Below are positions 24,689 through 36,756 of a stretch of 64,000 nt of DNA, piece by piece. The first letter of the stretch is position 1; every line of letters starts with the position of its first letter. The notes beneath the pieces were generated by a model, which saw only the letters and a program-made list of their open reading frames with translations, was not told the origin of the DNA and made no database searches. Source of the stretch: Takakia lepidozioides (lineage: Eukaryota > Plantae > Bryophyta). Both the position numbers and the translations under genes were made by a program. The stretch spans positions 27,466,001 through 27,530,000 of the forward strand of contig CM060732.1 of the NCBI GenBank assembly GCA_030704615.1, written 5' to 3'.

Positions 24689-25016
24689 GGAAATCCATGC
24701 CGAGCTGAGAAGATTGTCTGGGCAGATGAAGGAGGCAGGGTATGTGCCTGACGCCCTTTGTATTGCATGATGTGGGGGAGGATCAAAAGGAATATTCTCT
24801 GTGCCACCACAGTGAGAAGCTGGCCATTGGTTTTGGGCTGAGCAGCACTGCCCCTACGACACCTGCCCATCTCATCAAGAATCTTCCGGTGTGTGGTGAC
24901 TGCCACACATCCACGAAGTTCATTTCAAAGATTGTTGGTTGAGCAACTGCTGTACAGGACACTAACTGCTTTCACCACTTTGAAGATGGGGTTTGTTCTT
25001 GTGGGAGTGCTGGTGA
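24645..25016 (+). pseudogene. Disrupted DYW cytidine-deaminase domain
   Basis: Across frames it reads [36 protein letters not shown]...[12 protein letters not shown]...[10 protein letters not shown]...IVG*...FHHFEDGVCSCG, then ECW*. About four frameshifts and one stop. Confidence 0.9.
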
Positions 25017-26659
25017 AATGATGTTGGAAGGTGCAAGTGTCTTGCTTTTCATTGATTTGTGTAGCTACTCAGTTGATCCACCATTTCCTGAGAGTAGGGA
25101 CCGTGATGTGATATTGAGGGCGTTTCCTGTGGCATATCCACACGAAATGGTAGTGGGTCTCCCAGCATATCAGCCCGTAATTGCACTCGACTGGAGGAGG
25201 AGATGCTTGATCGTCATTGTAGAGATCAAGCGCAGCGCCACCACCACTTAACCAGATCTGCCACGCCACCAAACAATCTACAGGGAGCCGCCCTGCAGCT
25301 GAGCTTTTGCTGCACAGGAGTGCAAAAAAAAAAGCACTGTTGACTATACAATGAAGCCTGTTCACCAGAAAAAGCTCTATAGCTCTAATGGGATCGTCCT
25401 TCTGAACAGATACACTTCATCCTTTACTTCCCTCAGACAACGGCACTCACACAAATCGCAGAGGCCACTATCAGACCACCTTCACATGACACAGCCGAAG
25501 CAATTTTAAGTCTGACATGCAATGAATCAGGGTCACCAAGACCTTCCCTTACTGAGCTAACATAGACAGCTCTTATACAAAGAGCAAGTCCAGGGTATAG
25601 ACCAGTGTCAGATCGGTATCGTACCAGCCAGGGTCTGGTATTGTCAGTGAAGAGGCCTCCTTCATACCTGGCAGGTAATGGTCAAAGTGTATATTAAACT
25701 TTTAATGTACCAGTCTGGTATGTACATTATTTTTGTTTGGCATGGTATGGTATGGTATCAGTATTGCAAATTTCAAATCTTATAAGTACTGGGGGTATAT
25801 CAATACTGGTATCAATGTGACAGCTCCATGGTAGAAATTCTCCATGGCAAGTATAATTTGGACAGTTTATTTATTTTTCAATAAATATACAATGCTGAAT
25901 GCCGCACTTCAGCTGCCGAAGTTCACCACTTCAACCACTGACTGCTGAAGTCCCCACATTGATACCTAGGATGCAAGTGACGGCGGAAGACAGAGTACTG
26001 GTATCGACAAAGCTGCGTTCCTTGCGATACCAAGCTGGTCTGGTGGGAGCCCAGGTATTAGCGTTTTACTATATTGCCCCCAATATGTACTGCCAGTTGC
26101 TTAGAGCATCCCCACCGGTGGCTCGGTATGTGGGTACATCAATTGCCTTTTATTGAGGCATATGCAGAGCCCGCAAGAAGAGGGGGGGTGCAGGCGGAAT
26201 GCTCCCCACCGGTTCACGACAAACCTCCCGCTCAACCTCTCGCTCGCCAATGTCTCGCGTGTCGGATGCTCGCTTGACTCCACCTGTGCCTGCATTTATG
26301 GTGAGTGGGAGATAGCGGGCCCGGAAGGACGCGGCAAGGTTCCGGGTCCCCAGACAATTTGGAGTGCAAACCCTAAACTTTACCGTGCGTTGTAGCGTGC
26401 ACCTTGGTGGGGCAGGGTTTGTGGTTTTTTTCTCTGACACGGAATTTTGCCGCTTCCGTGGCTGATAGCGACCCTGGTGGGAATGCTCTCGCCTGGTCTA
26501 GTACCCTAGTGTGATACCCTTACACGTGCTGATACCCCGCCTCGCCTCATATATCGGTCCAACATCGGTATAGACAAGGGGGTTGGTATCGCGTGACCAT
26601 GCTCACGCACGCGTAAGCACAACCCACGGTCATGGGAGTTTCATGTTTTTCTAAGCTCG

Positions 26660-26915
26660 GTCATAGGTACAACCTTGAGCTACACCTTGGTCAATGTCAA
26701 AGAAATTAGACTTCTCGCTATTGACCACAACACAAGCTTTGGTGTTCGCATGCAGGTTGTGAACCATCCTCCATATCTTTCCCCTGACCCCAGAAGCTGT
26801 AGAACAACTGACGTGGCTGCTCAGGGCGAGTTTGGAGTACCAGCCTTGACGTCTCAACATGATGAGTTCAAGGTCAGATGGTACAGTCAGCTGAATCGCA
26901 TGCCTCATACCAGCG
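26660..26915. mobile_element. LINE RT fragments in inverted arrangement
   Basis: Minus strand 26790-26660 encodes GVRGKIWRMV...DIDQGVAQGC (RT core). Plus strand 26790-26915 encodes TTDVAAQGEFG...VRWYSQLNRM (post-RT region). Confidence 0.65.
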
Positions 26916-27582
26916 ACCCTATGATAAATACCTGAATATTATGAAGGAAGAACTCACCCTGCTAGATGAAGCTGACGTGGAGGCTTAAGTGTCTAAGGCC
27001 ATGTCAAAAGCATGAAGAATGTCCGAACAAAACAATGTTAGGCATAAACTTCCCTGAACTCGTTTCCAGTTTGTGACATGGGTGAGGACTTTGAGGATGA
27101 TCTTAAGGGCAGACCTACCCTTGGCACTAGACTGAAAATTTTACCTCAGGATGGGGAGTCTACCTTTGAACAATAAACAGATGCAGAGAGGAAAGGGAGA
27201 TTGTCAATGCTCACTGGTGTGGGTGGCCTGAAGACAATGTCCATTTTCTGATACAAGTCTGGGGTATTCTCATCAAAGAGCGACCCTCTTCAGGACCATC
27301 AAGAACATAGTCCCTGCACCTCTGTTCACCAACTTTCAATATCTCAAGGCTGAGTCTAAAGCGGTGGCCTTGTTGGGGTCTCATTGCTTGGCAGCCCACA
27401 TACAACATATTGATGCTTGTGTGAAGGGCTTTCTAAAAGGAATCTGGAAAGCCTGAACTAATGTTTATAACACGGTAAATCCTACTACTAGAGTGAGCCC
27501 CTCATGTCTGTTCCTTCTTGTTCTGCTGGGCACGGGCAAGGTCTGTGGCCACAAGGCTATGATAAGCAACTTCTCAGGAGTG

Positions 27583-27585
<3 letters not shown>

Positions 27586-27640
<55 letters not shown>
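27586..27640. repeat. (TC)n microsatellite
   Basis: About 27 perfect TC units immediately before the LINE fragment. Confidence 0.98.
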
Positions 27641-27643
<3 letters not shown>

Positions 27644-27654
27644 AGTCTCGAGAA

Positions 27655-28898
27655 CGAAGGACCTCTTTGTGGGTTGTGTTTACATGCCCACAGAGGGGAC
27701 GCTCACAAGCTGATGCAGACAAAGCCTTCGAAGATGTAAAGCTGGACTGTGCTTCGTTCCTTGCCAAAGGTCAGGTGGTGCTATTGGGTGACTTCAATGC
27801 CCGGGTGGGCAAAGGGCTCCATCAGGACGATATCATTGGACCTTTTGGTGAGGACGAACTGAATTCTAATGGCAGACGGTTAATTAACTGTCTAGAAGAT
27901 CTTCAGCTTTTGACCTTGAATAACAGGACAAGAGGTGACCAAGTGCAGTGGACTCGTGAGAAATCCCAAACTGGGGAACGTTCCATTGTGGATTATATCA
28001 TAATGGACAAAAATTTGTTCCCCCAGTGTGCCAATGTGTTGATCGACAGAACTGATATTGGTACCTCTGACCATTTCTTGGTTTGGAATGAGATCAAAAG
28101 GTGTTTTCCCAACACCAGAGATATGTGAAACATTCGATTCGGAAGTGGCGCATAGAAAAACTCCATAATGAGGAGGTCAAGGCTGAGTATGTCCAGCCTT
28201 GACCTGAGGGTCTCCCTCATTTTGTCCAATCGCTCCAAGAACTTCAGTCTCGCTCTGATAACGCAAGAAATGAAGTCAAAAGAGCAGGGGACTCTTCGGA
28301 GAGTTTCGTTTCCTCCGTGGTTGACAAGATCATTGGGATGAAACTAATTGTCTATGGTAGAGCTGTTAATTGGTGGACCAATGAGATTAAACTCAAGATA
28401 GCTGAGAGACGAGCCCTCTATAAAGAGTGCTGCAATTTGGAAACCAACAGAGAATTGTGGGCGAGGTACTACCAGCTCCGTAAAGATATCAAACAGCTTG
28501 TTAGGTCTCAGAAGAAATTATACTGGGACAAGTTATACAGTGAAATAAACTCAAACCACCATGGTGGTAATGACAAGAAATTCTGGTTGGCCCTTCAACA
28601 TTTGTACAAGCCGAAAAACGGTCAGCAAGTACAAGCGCTGAAGACTACTAAAGGTGCAGTGGTGACTTCATCGGTTGACATTGTCAAAACCTTTGAAACT
28701 CACTACAGTATCCTTGGCATAACTTCTAGGTCTAACAGTGAGGGGTCTTCTACTGAATGGAGGGACACAATTGGAAAAACTGTTCCTATGATGCAAAACA
28801 GCCCTGATGAACTGGAGTATATTTCAATGGCTTATAACGCTCCCATTAGTCCTTCTGAGATTGTGGAAGCAATTGAACATTTAAATGGATATAAAGCT
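27655..28898 (+). mobile_element. LINE ORF2 N-terminus (APE endonuclease and linker), truncated before RT
   Basis: Motifs VLLGDFNARVG, NSNGRRL, SIVDYII, SDHFLV, then WWTNEIK...KKFW...LNGYKA. Frameshifted and joined directly to CACTA sequence. Confidence 0.88.
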
Positions 28899-31733
28899 GT
28901 GTGTTGTTCAGAAGGGAGCTTCAGAATTTGGAGGTTTGTCCAAAATGTCAGGCACGTCGTTATGTGGTGGGTACGAAGACACCAGTACCTCGTAAGGTCC
29001 TTCGACATTTCCCTATCATTCCAAGGCTGCTTCGAATGTATAAAGCCAAATCCATCTCAGAGTTAATGTCATGGCACTTTAAGAATCGAAGTCTGGATGG
29101 CTTGGTTAGGCACCCAGCAGACAGCAAGGCTTGGGCCCACATTGACCAAAAATGGCCTGAGTTTGCAGCGGACCCCAGAAATCTGCGATTGGGTCTCGCA
29201 TGGGATGGTGTCATTCCTTACAGTGATAAATCAAACAAATGGTCAACTTGGCCTGTCATGTTGGTAAACTATAATCTTCCACCCTAGCTGTGTACTAAGC
29301 CATTTTTCACGATGTTGGCTTTATTGATTCCTGGACCACAATCTGTGGGAAATGACAATGCAGATGTTTATCTGCAGCCCCTTGTGGATGAGCTAAAATT
29401 GTTGTGGGAAGTTGGTGTGGAGGCATTGGATGGAAGTAGCCTAGTGGGGCAACAGTCATTTCGCATGAGGGCCATCTTGATGTGGTCAATCCACGACTTT
29501 CCAGCTTATGGGTTGTTAGCAGGATGCGCACACGGGGGATACAAGGCTTGCCCAGCTTGCGGCCCTAATGTTGATTCCAGGTACTCGAAGGCATGCAAAA
29601 AAGTTTTGTATCTTGGTCATAGGAGATACTTGCCTGCTGTTCATCCTATAGGAATAACTCGTCCCACTTTAACGGACATGTGGAACATAGAGCAGCTCCT
29701 ATGGTGGTCACTGCAAGTGAGCAATTTGACCGGGCTAAAACCAGAGAGTTGTATCTCGCAATGGGAGGGGCTGAGGGGGGAAAACAGGACCCTTCAAAGG
29801 AACATGGCATGAAACGGGTCACTATTTTGTTCCAATTGCCATACTGGAAAGACTTACTCATCCGATACACACTGGATGTGATGCATTGTGAAAAAAATTT
29901 GTGTGAGAATGTGCTGAGAACCATTCTTGGGGAGAAGGACACAACCACATCTAGGAAGGATATGGAACTCAATGTCATTCGTGAACACTTGTGGTTGAGA
30001 CCCCATCCCTCTCACCCGAACAAGTTGGTGAAGCCTTTGGCCCCATATGTTCTTACTGAAGATGAGAAGGTGTGGTTTTTGGAAACATTGGCTGCAGTAA
30101 AGGCCCCCACAGGTTATGCTGCCACATTCCAGAAACATGTGGCTGACAATAAATTGTCTACAATGAAAACCCATGACTACCATGTAATGATGCAGCAGAT
30201 TTTACCTCTTTGCATTCGAGGGGTATTGGGAAAGGGTCCACGGATGGCAATTATGAGGCTTTCTCGAGTCTTCCGAAAAGTGTGTGCAAAGATCATTAAT
30301 CCAACTGAGCTACCGGCCTTAAAAGAAGATGTTGCAATCACTATGTGTCTGCTGGAGAAAGAATTCCCTCCGTCATTTTTTGATATCATGACTCACTTGC
30401 TTGTACACCTTGTGGACGAATTGGAGGTGTGTGGTCCCGTGTCTGTATCCTATGGAACGGTATATGAAGACATTAAAAGGCTATGTAAGGAATATGAGCC
30501 GACCTGAAGGGAGCATGGCGGAAGGGTATGCTTTGGATGAGGCCCTAGGGTTTCTAACTGAGTATATGGCTGAATTTCATGCTACAAGCCGAAGGGTGTG
30601 GGACTCCAATGAAGAAGACTCAGTTAGTGGGGAGGTGGTTCAAGGATTGGGAAGTGTACGAGTCCTCACCATTCAAGAACGAGACAGTGCACACGAGTAT
30701 ATTTTGCACAACACAGATTGCATGAAACCATTCCTTGAGTAAGTATGTTGCTTATCATATCCTGTGTGTTTCATTTCTGCCAATGGTATAAGCTGTAATC
30801 CTCAATTCTCATTTGGATAGGGCCTATGAAGAGGAGATGGCACTCATAGAAGCATCCCGCACTGAGTTCAGAACAACATTCCTTTGTGGACAAGACCAAG
30901 ACCACCACAATGGAGAAATTCCATACCCAACAGATATGCGCTTACTGGCTCCATTCCATGACTGGATTGAAGGTGCTGTCCAACGCAAGGTGAGTTCAGG
31001 TGAGTCCTATGATTTGGACATATGCCATTTATGTATACCACCAGCAGTACAGTCCTTGGGCTTCAAGTCCATGTATGCTTACGGCAATCACTTTCGAGCA
31101 ATACGTGATGGGACTGGCGCCACAGACAGGGTGACATTTGATTCTGGAGTTGCTCAAGTATTCCATCATGAAAGCGAAAATAGAGCAGGTATGTCCAAAC
31201 GAGTGTTATCCCAATTGGAATATGTGGGTGTTGTAACAGAAATAATTCAACTGGATTACGGAATTCTTCACCCAATTTTGTTCTTGTGTAGATGGGTGAG
31301 GTCACACATGGTGGGCCGGAATGCCACCATGAAACGAGATGATTATGGCTTTCTCTTGGTTGACTTCAGTCGCATGTTACCTCGGATGGAGCAGCCCTGG
31401 ACATTCCCTAGTCAGGTGGAGCAAGTTTTTTTCTCGGATGAAAAAAGTTCACGAGGGAACTGGAAGGTGGTCCTTCACAAGGACCCTCGATCCCGACGAG
31501 TGGTTCACGATATTACAGAAGTGGCACTGGGTGAGGGAGACACTTATGTAGGCATGGTGCCTCATGAAATTCCTTATAACATCATGACTGAGCTTGCTGT
31601 TTGTGTTCCTTTGAGTGAGGCAGATGAATTGGCCATTGCCAACTTGAATGCACTTGCAAGGCAGAGGCAAAATGGTAGAAGGCGGAGGCAAGCTCCACAT
31701 GGGAGGTACCAGGCCAGTTGTGCTATGGTCTAG
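28899..31733 (+). mobile_element. CACTA (En/Spm) TnpD-type transposase pseudogene with DUF4218/DUF4216-like regions
   Basis: Motifs CPKC..RY, LRHFPIIPRL, RHPADSKAW, DPRNLRLGL, IHDFPAYG, LDVMHCEKN, MKTHDYH, MYPMERYM-like, FPSQVEQVFF. Stop at 29285 and frameshifts. Probable intron ~30739-30820. Confidence 0.92.
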
Positions 31734-31875
31734 AGTTGGTTTCTGCTATTGCATGTATTTTTCCAGGGTTTAGACTTGATACAGCATGGTACCTTGCATG
31801 GGTGGGAGTGACTGAGCTGTTGGGGTGGGCAAAATTCTGACAAACACACTTTCATTTGTGACAGTGAACCCTAAA

Positions 31876-32900
31876 CAGTCATGGAGTTGTGGCCTGCATA
31901 CTTTTCTGACCCTAGTCAATGGTGGGCCAATTGTGGCAAAAAGGTGAATGCATGTTGGATTATAGAGAGTAGCAGATGCAATTGAGCATAGGAACTAGTG
32001 TGAGAAGTTGAGTTGGGTGTTTCCTAGAACAAATGTAGGCTGTTATTGTCAGTTGCTACCAGCAAGGCAAAGATGTATGCATGATTTGTGAGAGGCATGG
32101 ATAGCTGAAGGAGCAGGGATAGAGTGTGGGCCCATATTCATCCAAGAGGGCCACATTTTTGGAATTGTACCTGATGTGATTTTGAACAATGCCCTCGTGG
32201 ATATGTATGCCAAATGTGGGAGCATCAAGGGCAAGCCTGCCAGCTCTGGAAAAGGTTCTGATCAGGTCCATGGTTTCATTGTCAAAGCTGGAATTGTACC
32301 TGATTGTGATTGTGGACAATGCCCTCGTGGACAAGTATGCCAAATGTGCGAGCATCAAGGGCAAGCTTGGCAGCTCTGGAAAAGGGAAGAGGTCCATGGT
32401 TTCATTGTCAAAGCTTTGGCATACATGTCCACGAGGGCATTGTCCAGAATCACAATCACCTACAATGCAAGCTTTGACAATGAAACCATAGACCTGATCT
32501 TCCCTTTCCCAGAGCTGGCAGGCTTGCCCTTCATGCTCCCACATTTGGCATACATGTCCACAAGGGCATTGTCCAGAATCACAATCAGGTACAATTCCAG
32601 CTTAGACAATGAAACCACGGACTTGATCTTCCCTTTTCCAGAGCTGGCAGGCTTGCCCTTGATGCTCCCACATTTGGTATCCCTAAAGCATGGACCTAAT
32701 CTTCCCTTTTCCAGAGCTGCCAGGCTTGCCCTTCATGCTAACACATTTGGCATACATGTCCACGAGGGCATTGTCCAGAATCACATCAGGTACAATTCCA
32801 GCTTTGACAATGAAACCATGGACCCGATCTTCCCTTTTCCAGAGCTCCCAGGCTTGCCCTTCATGCTGAAACATTTGGCATACATGTCCACGAGGGCTCT
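31876..32900 (+). pseudogene. Second PDF-PPR paralog remnant, rearranged into a fold-back
   Basis: MELWPAYFSDPSQWWANCGKK|GTGAAT, an intron similar to 21223-21490, IHPRGPHF, then internally deleted PPR units forward (32160-32414) and inverted (32414-32900). Confidence 0.8.
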
Positions 32901-33294
32901 TCAATGTTTTCGTTTATCAGCCCTTTAAAAATTAGGAAAGCAAGAGATTTGGGTTACAGATGGGTGATGCCGCCATACCAGCACTTATGAAGAGATGAGG
33001 CCTTATCAGGCCTTGGAGTACACATCTGCCGTGTGGGTTGGCCAACTCCAATCATGCTAAAACTTTAGAATCCATTCAGCTTTTGGTGCTCAAAGAGAGC
33101 ATGTCAGCGCATGCACCATAAGATGTCAAGGAAGGAAACCTTTGTAGAAGGAAGGTGTCGTTCTAGGACAGAGGTTTCCTTAGAGGAACGGAATAAAACC
33201 ATAAGCGGGTATAGAGGACCAGTGCATATATACAGTACATCTGCGTCAATTTCGCAAGGCGAAAACTTCAGTAGAGTAGCCAAGAACTTGCAGC

Positions 33295-33545
33295 GACGAG
33301 TTTCGCATTGAGGAAGACGTGGTGATATTGACACAAACCTATGTAGCGGTGGGTTTCGCATTGAGAAACCCTTCCTGGTATTTGAGACAGACTTGGTGAT
33401 ATGGACACAAACGTATGCAGCGGTGGGTTTCGCATTGATAAACATTTCCTAGTATTTGAGAAATACCATACAGAAGTGGGTTTCGCTTTGAGAAACTCTT
33501 ATTGGTATTTGAGAAATACTTTGGTGATATGGGCTTGGTGATGAG
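33295..33545 (+). repeat. Degenerate tandem repeat with core GTGGGTTTCGCATTGAGAAAC
   Basis: Four imperfect copies at 55-75 bp spacing. Confidence 0.7.
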
Positions 33546-33748
33546 GACTTTAATAGTGAGTTTGTCATATTTTCTGCTGTAGTGGATTTCTTGTCAGGCT
33601 GGTTGGTAAAGAGTTTCGCCCTGCGAAATTATCAGGTTGTCTGGTACATATTCCTTTCGTGAGAAATTAGCTATGGGTGAGGACCTGCAATTTTAGTTGA
33701 AGCCTCACCGTATACTCTCGTGTCTATTATGGAGAAAATGTCACGCCT

Positions 33749-34136
33749 TGTAACATGGTAGAATCTAGAAGGTCCTAGATGTCCAGGAGGAAAGTTCCCC
33801 TAGAAGTTTCCAAAATAATTAGGAAGGTTCTTAAGAGTTTGACTTAAGGAAGTTTGACTTGAGGCTCTCAAGTCAAATCTATAAGATATTTATATTATGG
33901 AGAATAGGTCAAATGTTTGAGAAAGTCATATTGTGGAGAATATGTCAAACCTAAGAATGTTGACTTTAGGAAGTTTTGACTTGAGGCTCTCAAGTCAAAC
34001 CTTTAAAATAATCATATTGTGAAGGGTTTATAAACCTGCAATGAAAGCCTAGAATGCATGGAGTGTTTTGGGAAAAAGTTGACAAGCACTTCAATTATAG
34101 TCTTTGTGATCCTGGGTGTTACAATGGTATCAGAGC
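33749..34136 (+). mobile_element. LTR (33749-34123) with tRNA-Met primer-binding site
   Basis: TGTAACA...TGTTACA termini followed by A-TGGTATCAGAGC. Confidence 0.85.
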
Positions 34137-34722
34137 CTAGTGTTGCTTGAAGTAGAGAGTAAATACCATTTTTGGGAGAATACGATTACGATGTTTTCTT
34201 TTATGGTTGTCAATCTATTTGAGGGATGCCATAATAGGTAATAATGATGGTGCATCATAACGATAGGATAAAATTTTATGGACTTAAATCGACCCCCTGT
34301 TAGTGATTTTCCTTCGAAGTGTGAATTAAAGTTATATGTCGTCATAAGGCAGAGATTAGAAATATGATAGTACGGAGATTTGGAGAGGAACGATATCAAG
34401 AAGCGTTACAAGATCCACGACCTGTTGTTTTTTCTATAATTAGAAATTGGAGGGTATACATATGTGTATATACATAGCCCATCGAGCGAGGTAGATACCT
34501 ACCGCCTAATTTTCCACCGCCAAACGTATTCAGTATCAATGTGCGCGCCATTGACAAACATGACGAGTTGTGCATTCTGAGAAGGAAGGATGCACATTCC
34601 ACACAAGTTCGCACACAATGGGGTTTTTATTCATGTGTATGCATTCCAAATGAAGCACGCATATTGTACTGAGGGTGCATGCAAATCTAAAGCGTTTTGC
34701 CTTATAAATACAACTTACGAAG

Positions 34723-35295
34723 TCAACGGCACTTCGACTGGCCTAAAACAAGCTCATGAGTCATCGGGCTTCTCCACGTAAAAAAAATTACGGCCGTTCT
34801 TCGGTCCCTGTTGATCTTCACCACAATGTCGTGCCCTTCAATGAAACCACCATCAAATATCGAAAGCTTAACCGTGGACCCGGAGTGTCCGTGCGTTTCG
34901 TCCTCCAATCCAACGCGAATGTCCCTATACGCTGGGGAAGAGGACCGTACACTTGTAGGAGTATACGTGACACCGATGGACTCTACCCACGCCCATTGGC
35001 AGCAGTTCCACCACCAAGGCATAGCACTGCTCATTCTCTCCGGCTGCTGGCCGTAGATGGGGAAATTTGAATCAAGGATGTGCAGGAGCCACAGATTGGA
35101 CAGACCAAGATCGTCACCCCGCTCAAAAGCATATTGCCCTGGCAAATACTCAAAAGCAGACAATGTTTCACGCTCGACCCCACTGTTGTCAGTGCAAACT
35201 GTGTGCCAAATGACGATGTCCCACGGTGTGGCAATATAGATTGCATGATCCACGCCTCCGTAAGGGCACTCGTTGTGGTTCCGGAAGCAAGGCAT
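34723..35295 (-). CDS. Hypothetical protein, paralog of the 38112-38501 domain; probably frameshifted at its 3' end
   Basis: EDETHGHSGSTVKLSIFDGGFIEGHDIVV...VIFFTWRSPMTHELV aligns with EDESYGHRVSTTKISIYDGAYIGEHDTIV...IVFIYRHPVSHELV. Confidence 0.5.
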   Translation of the reverse strand: MPCFRNHNECPYGGVDHAIYIATPWDIVIWHTVCTDNSGVERETLSAFEYLPGQYAFERGDDLGLSNLWLLHILDSNFPIYGQQPERMSSAMPWWWNCCQWAWVESIGVTYTPTSVRSSSPAYRDIRVGLEDETHGHSGSTVKLSIFDGGFIEGHDIVVKINRDRRTAVIFFTWRSPMTHELVLGQSKCR

Positions 35296-35782
35296 CGTTG
35301 GAAACGAGACCGGAAGGATGAGTCTGATGTCGAAGAGAATGAGACCTTAGAGACAACAACAAAGCCCTTTCAAATTCTCCGTGGTCAGAACCACTCGCCA
35401 CTGCGGGCTGCAATAATGGATGCACTGGGTCCCACCTATCCACCTATCATCCCCGTACGTCTTCATGAGGCCCACCGACGGAAGGAAAAGAGGCTTCTCA
35501 TTCTCATCCCCGTGCCAACTCCTCCATTCATTTCAAACAGTATCCCGGCTTCAGATTACTCCGAAAAAACAATGTTATGTCATTCCTTCACGTACAGAGC
35601 GTATGGGATAGCGATAATCCCATCGGCTTTCCATGCATTTTGTACTTTGCATGCCACACATTGCTCTTTTCATGCCGAAACACATGTAGTCGTCACCGAC
35701 TACATGTCAATGTAATTGACTGATTCCATATGGATTTTCAAAAGGGGTGAACACGTAGCACTCTCTCCAACTGTTGAAATTG

Positions 35783-36756
35783 AAGGTCGGTACCGACTAG
35801 AGCACATAAGGTAATGCAAACTTCCGGAATTGGGCGAATGAGGTCATGGAATTTGTGGAATTTAACATATTAAATGGATTTTGCACTCTTTCATACGGCA
35901 ACAGTAAAGGTCGGTGCCGACTAAAAGTATATGAGACCGTGGAATGTGCGGTCTTCATCAAATTATATGGAAATTGATCTATTTCGAAGGGCTAACAGTG
36001 AAGGTCGGTGCCGACTACATGCGCACATCCTCTCACTGAAACGTGGTATATGGGATATTGTAGGCAAATCCCACAGTTCTTCCGCCCAACAATGAAGCTA
36101 TATGCCGAGTAATAGCATAAGACCACCTTCCAACAGTCAGAATTGGCATATTATGGGTTCATTCTAATGGACCAACGGCCATGAGTGATGGTCGGTGCTG
36201 ATTAGAAGCATATGAGGTCAAGGAAACAACGGAATTGGTCATACAATAGGCAAATTGAACTGATCGAGGGGTTTTCAATGGAGGTCGGTGCCGACTAAAG
36301 GTACATGGGTCCATGGATACGACGACAATGATGGCATATTATAAGAAAATACGATTCCTCCGCAACGAGTACATCCCAATTATCCAATGGCTCTCATGAT
36401 TGCACAGGATAGTCGGTGCCGACTTCCGTTGGCGGATGCACAGATGGAGACGTGGCTTCACTGAAGTCGGTGCCGATTATCACCCAATGCGGCCCCATAA
36501 GCCACCAACACTGTGGGTTTATTTCTTATATGAGTGTAGCCGTTGCCGACTTTCACAAGAGGAAGCAGATGTGCGCTCCGAGCACGACGACCTCATATCT
36601 GTGAAACTACCTTGGTGTCCAACATTTGTAGTGAATATCCTATGGTTTCCTTGAAGTCGTCAACGACTTGAAGCAGTGCATTTTTTTTGGTATTCCAATC
36701 CGGTGCCTTGGTACGATTTCTATTTCGAATTGGAAGAAGTCGGTGCCGACCACAGT
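35783..36756. repeat. Array of quasi-palindromic GTCGGTGCCGAC motifs
   Basis: About nine copies, near 35786, 35910, 36004, 36191, 36284, 36412, 36467, 36541 and 36739. Confidence 0.85.

Noticed and set aside
25528-26601. hAT-type element with GGTAT/ATACC repeats and CAGGGT...ACCATG ends
   Set aside because: Plausible, but no 8-bp TSD and no unambiguous left end could be found.
35783-36756. CRISPR-like repeat-spacer array
   Set aside because: The repeat is only 12-16 nt, spacing is irregular, spacers resemble each other, the context is eukaryotic and there are no cas genes.
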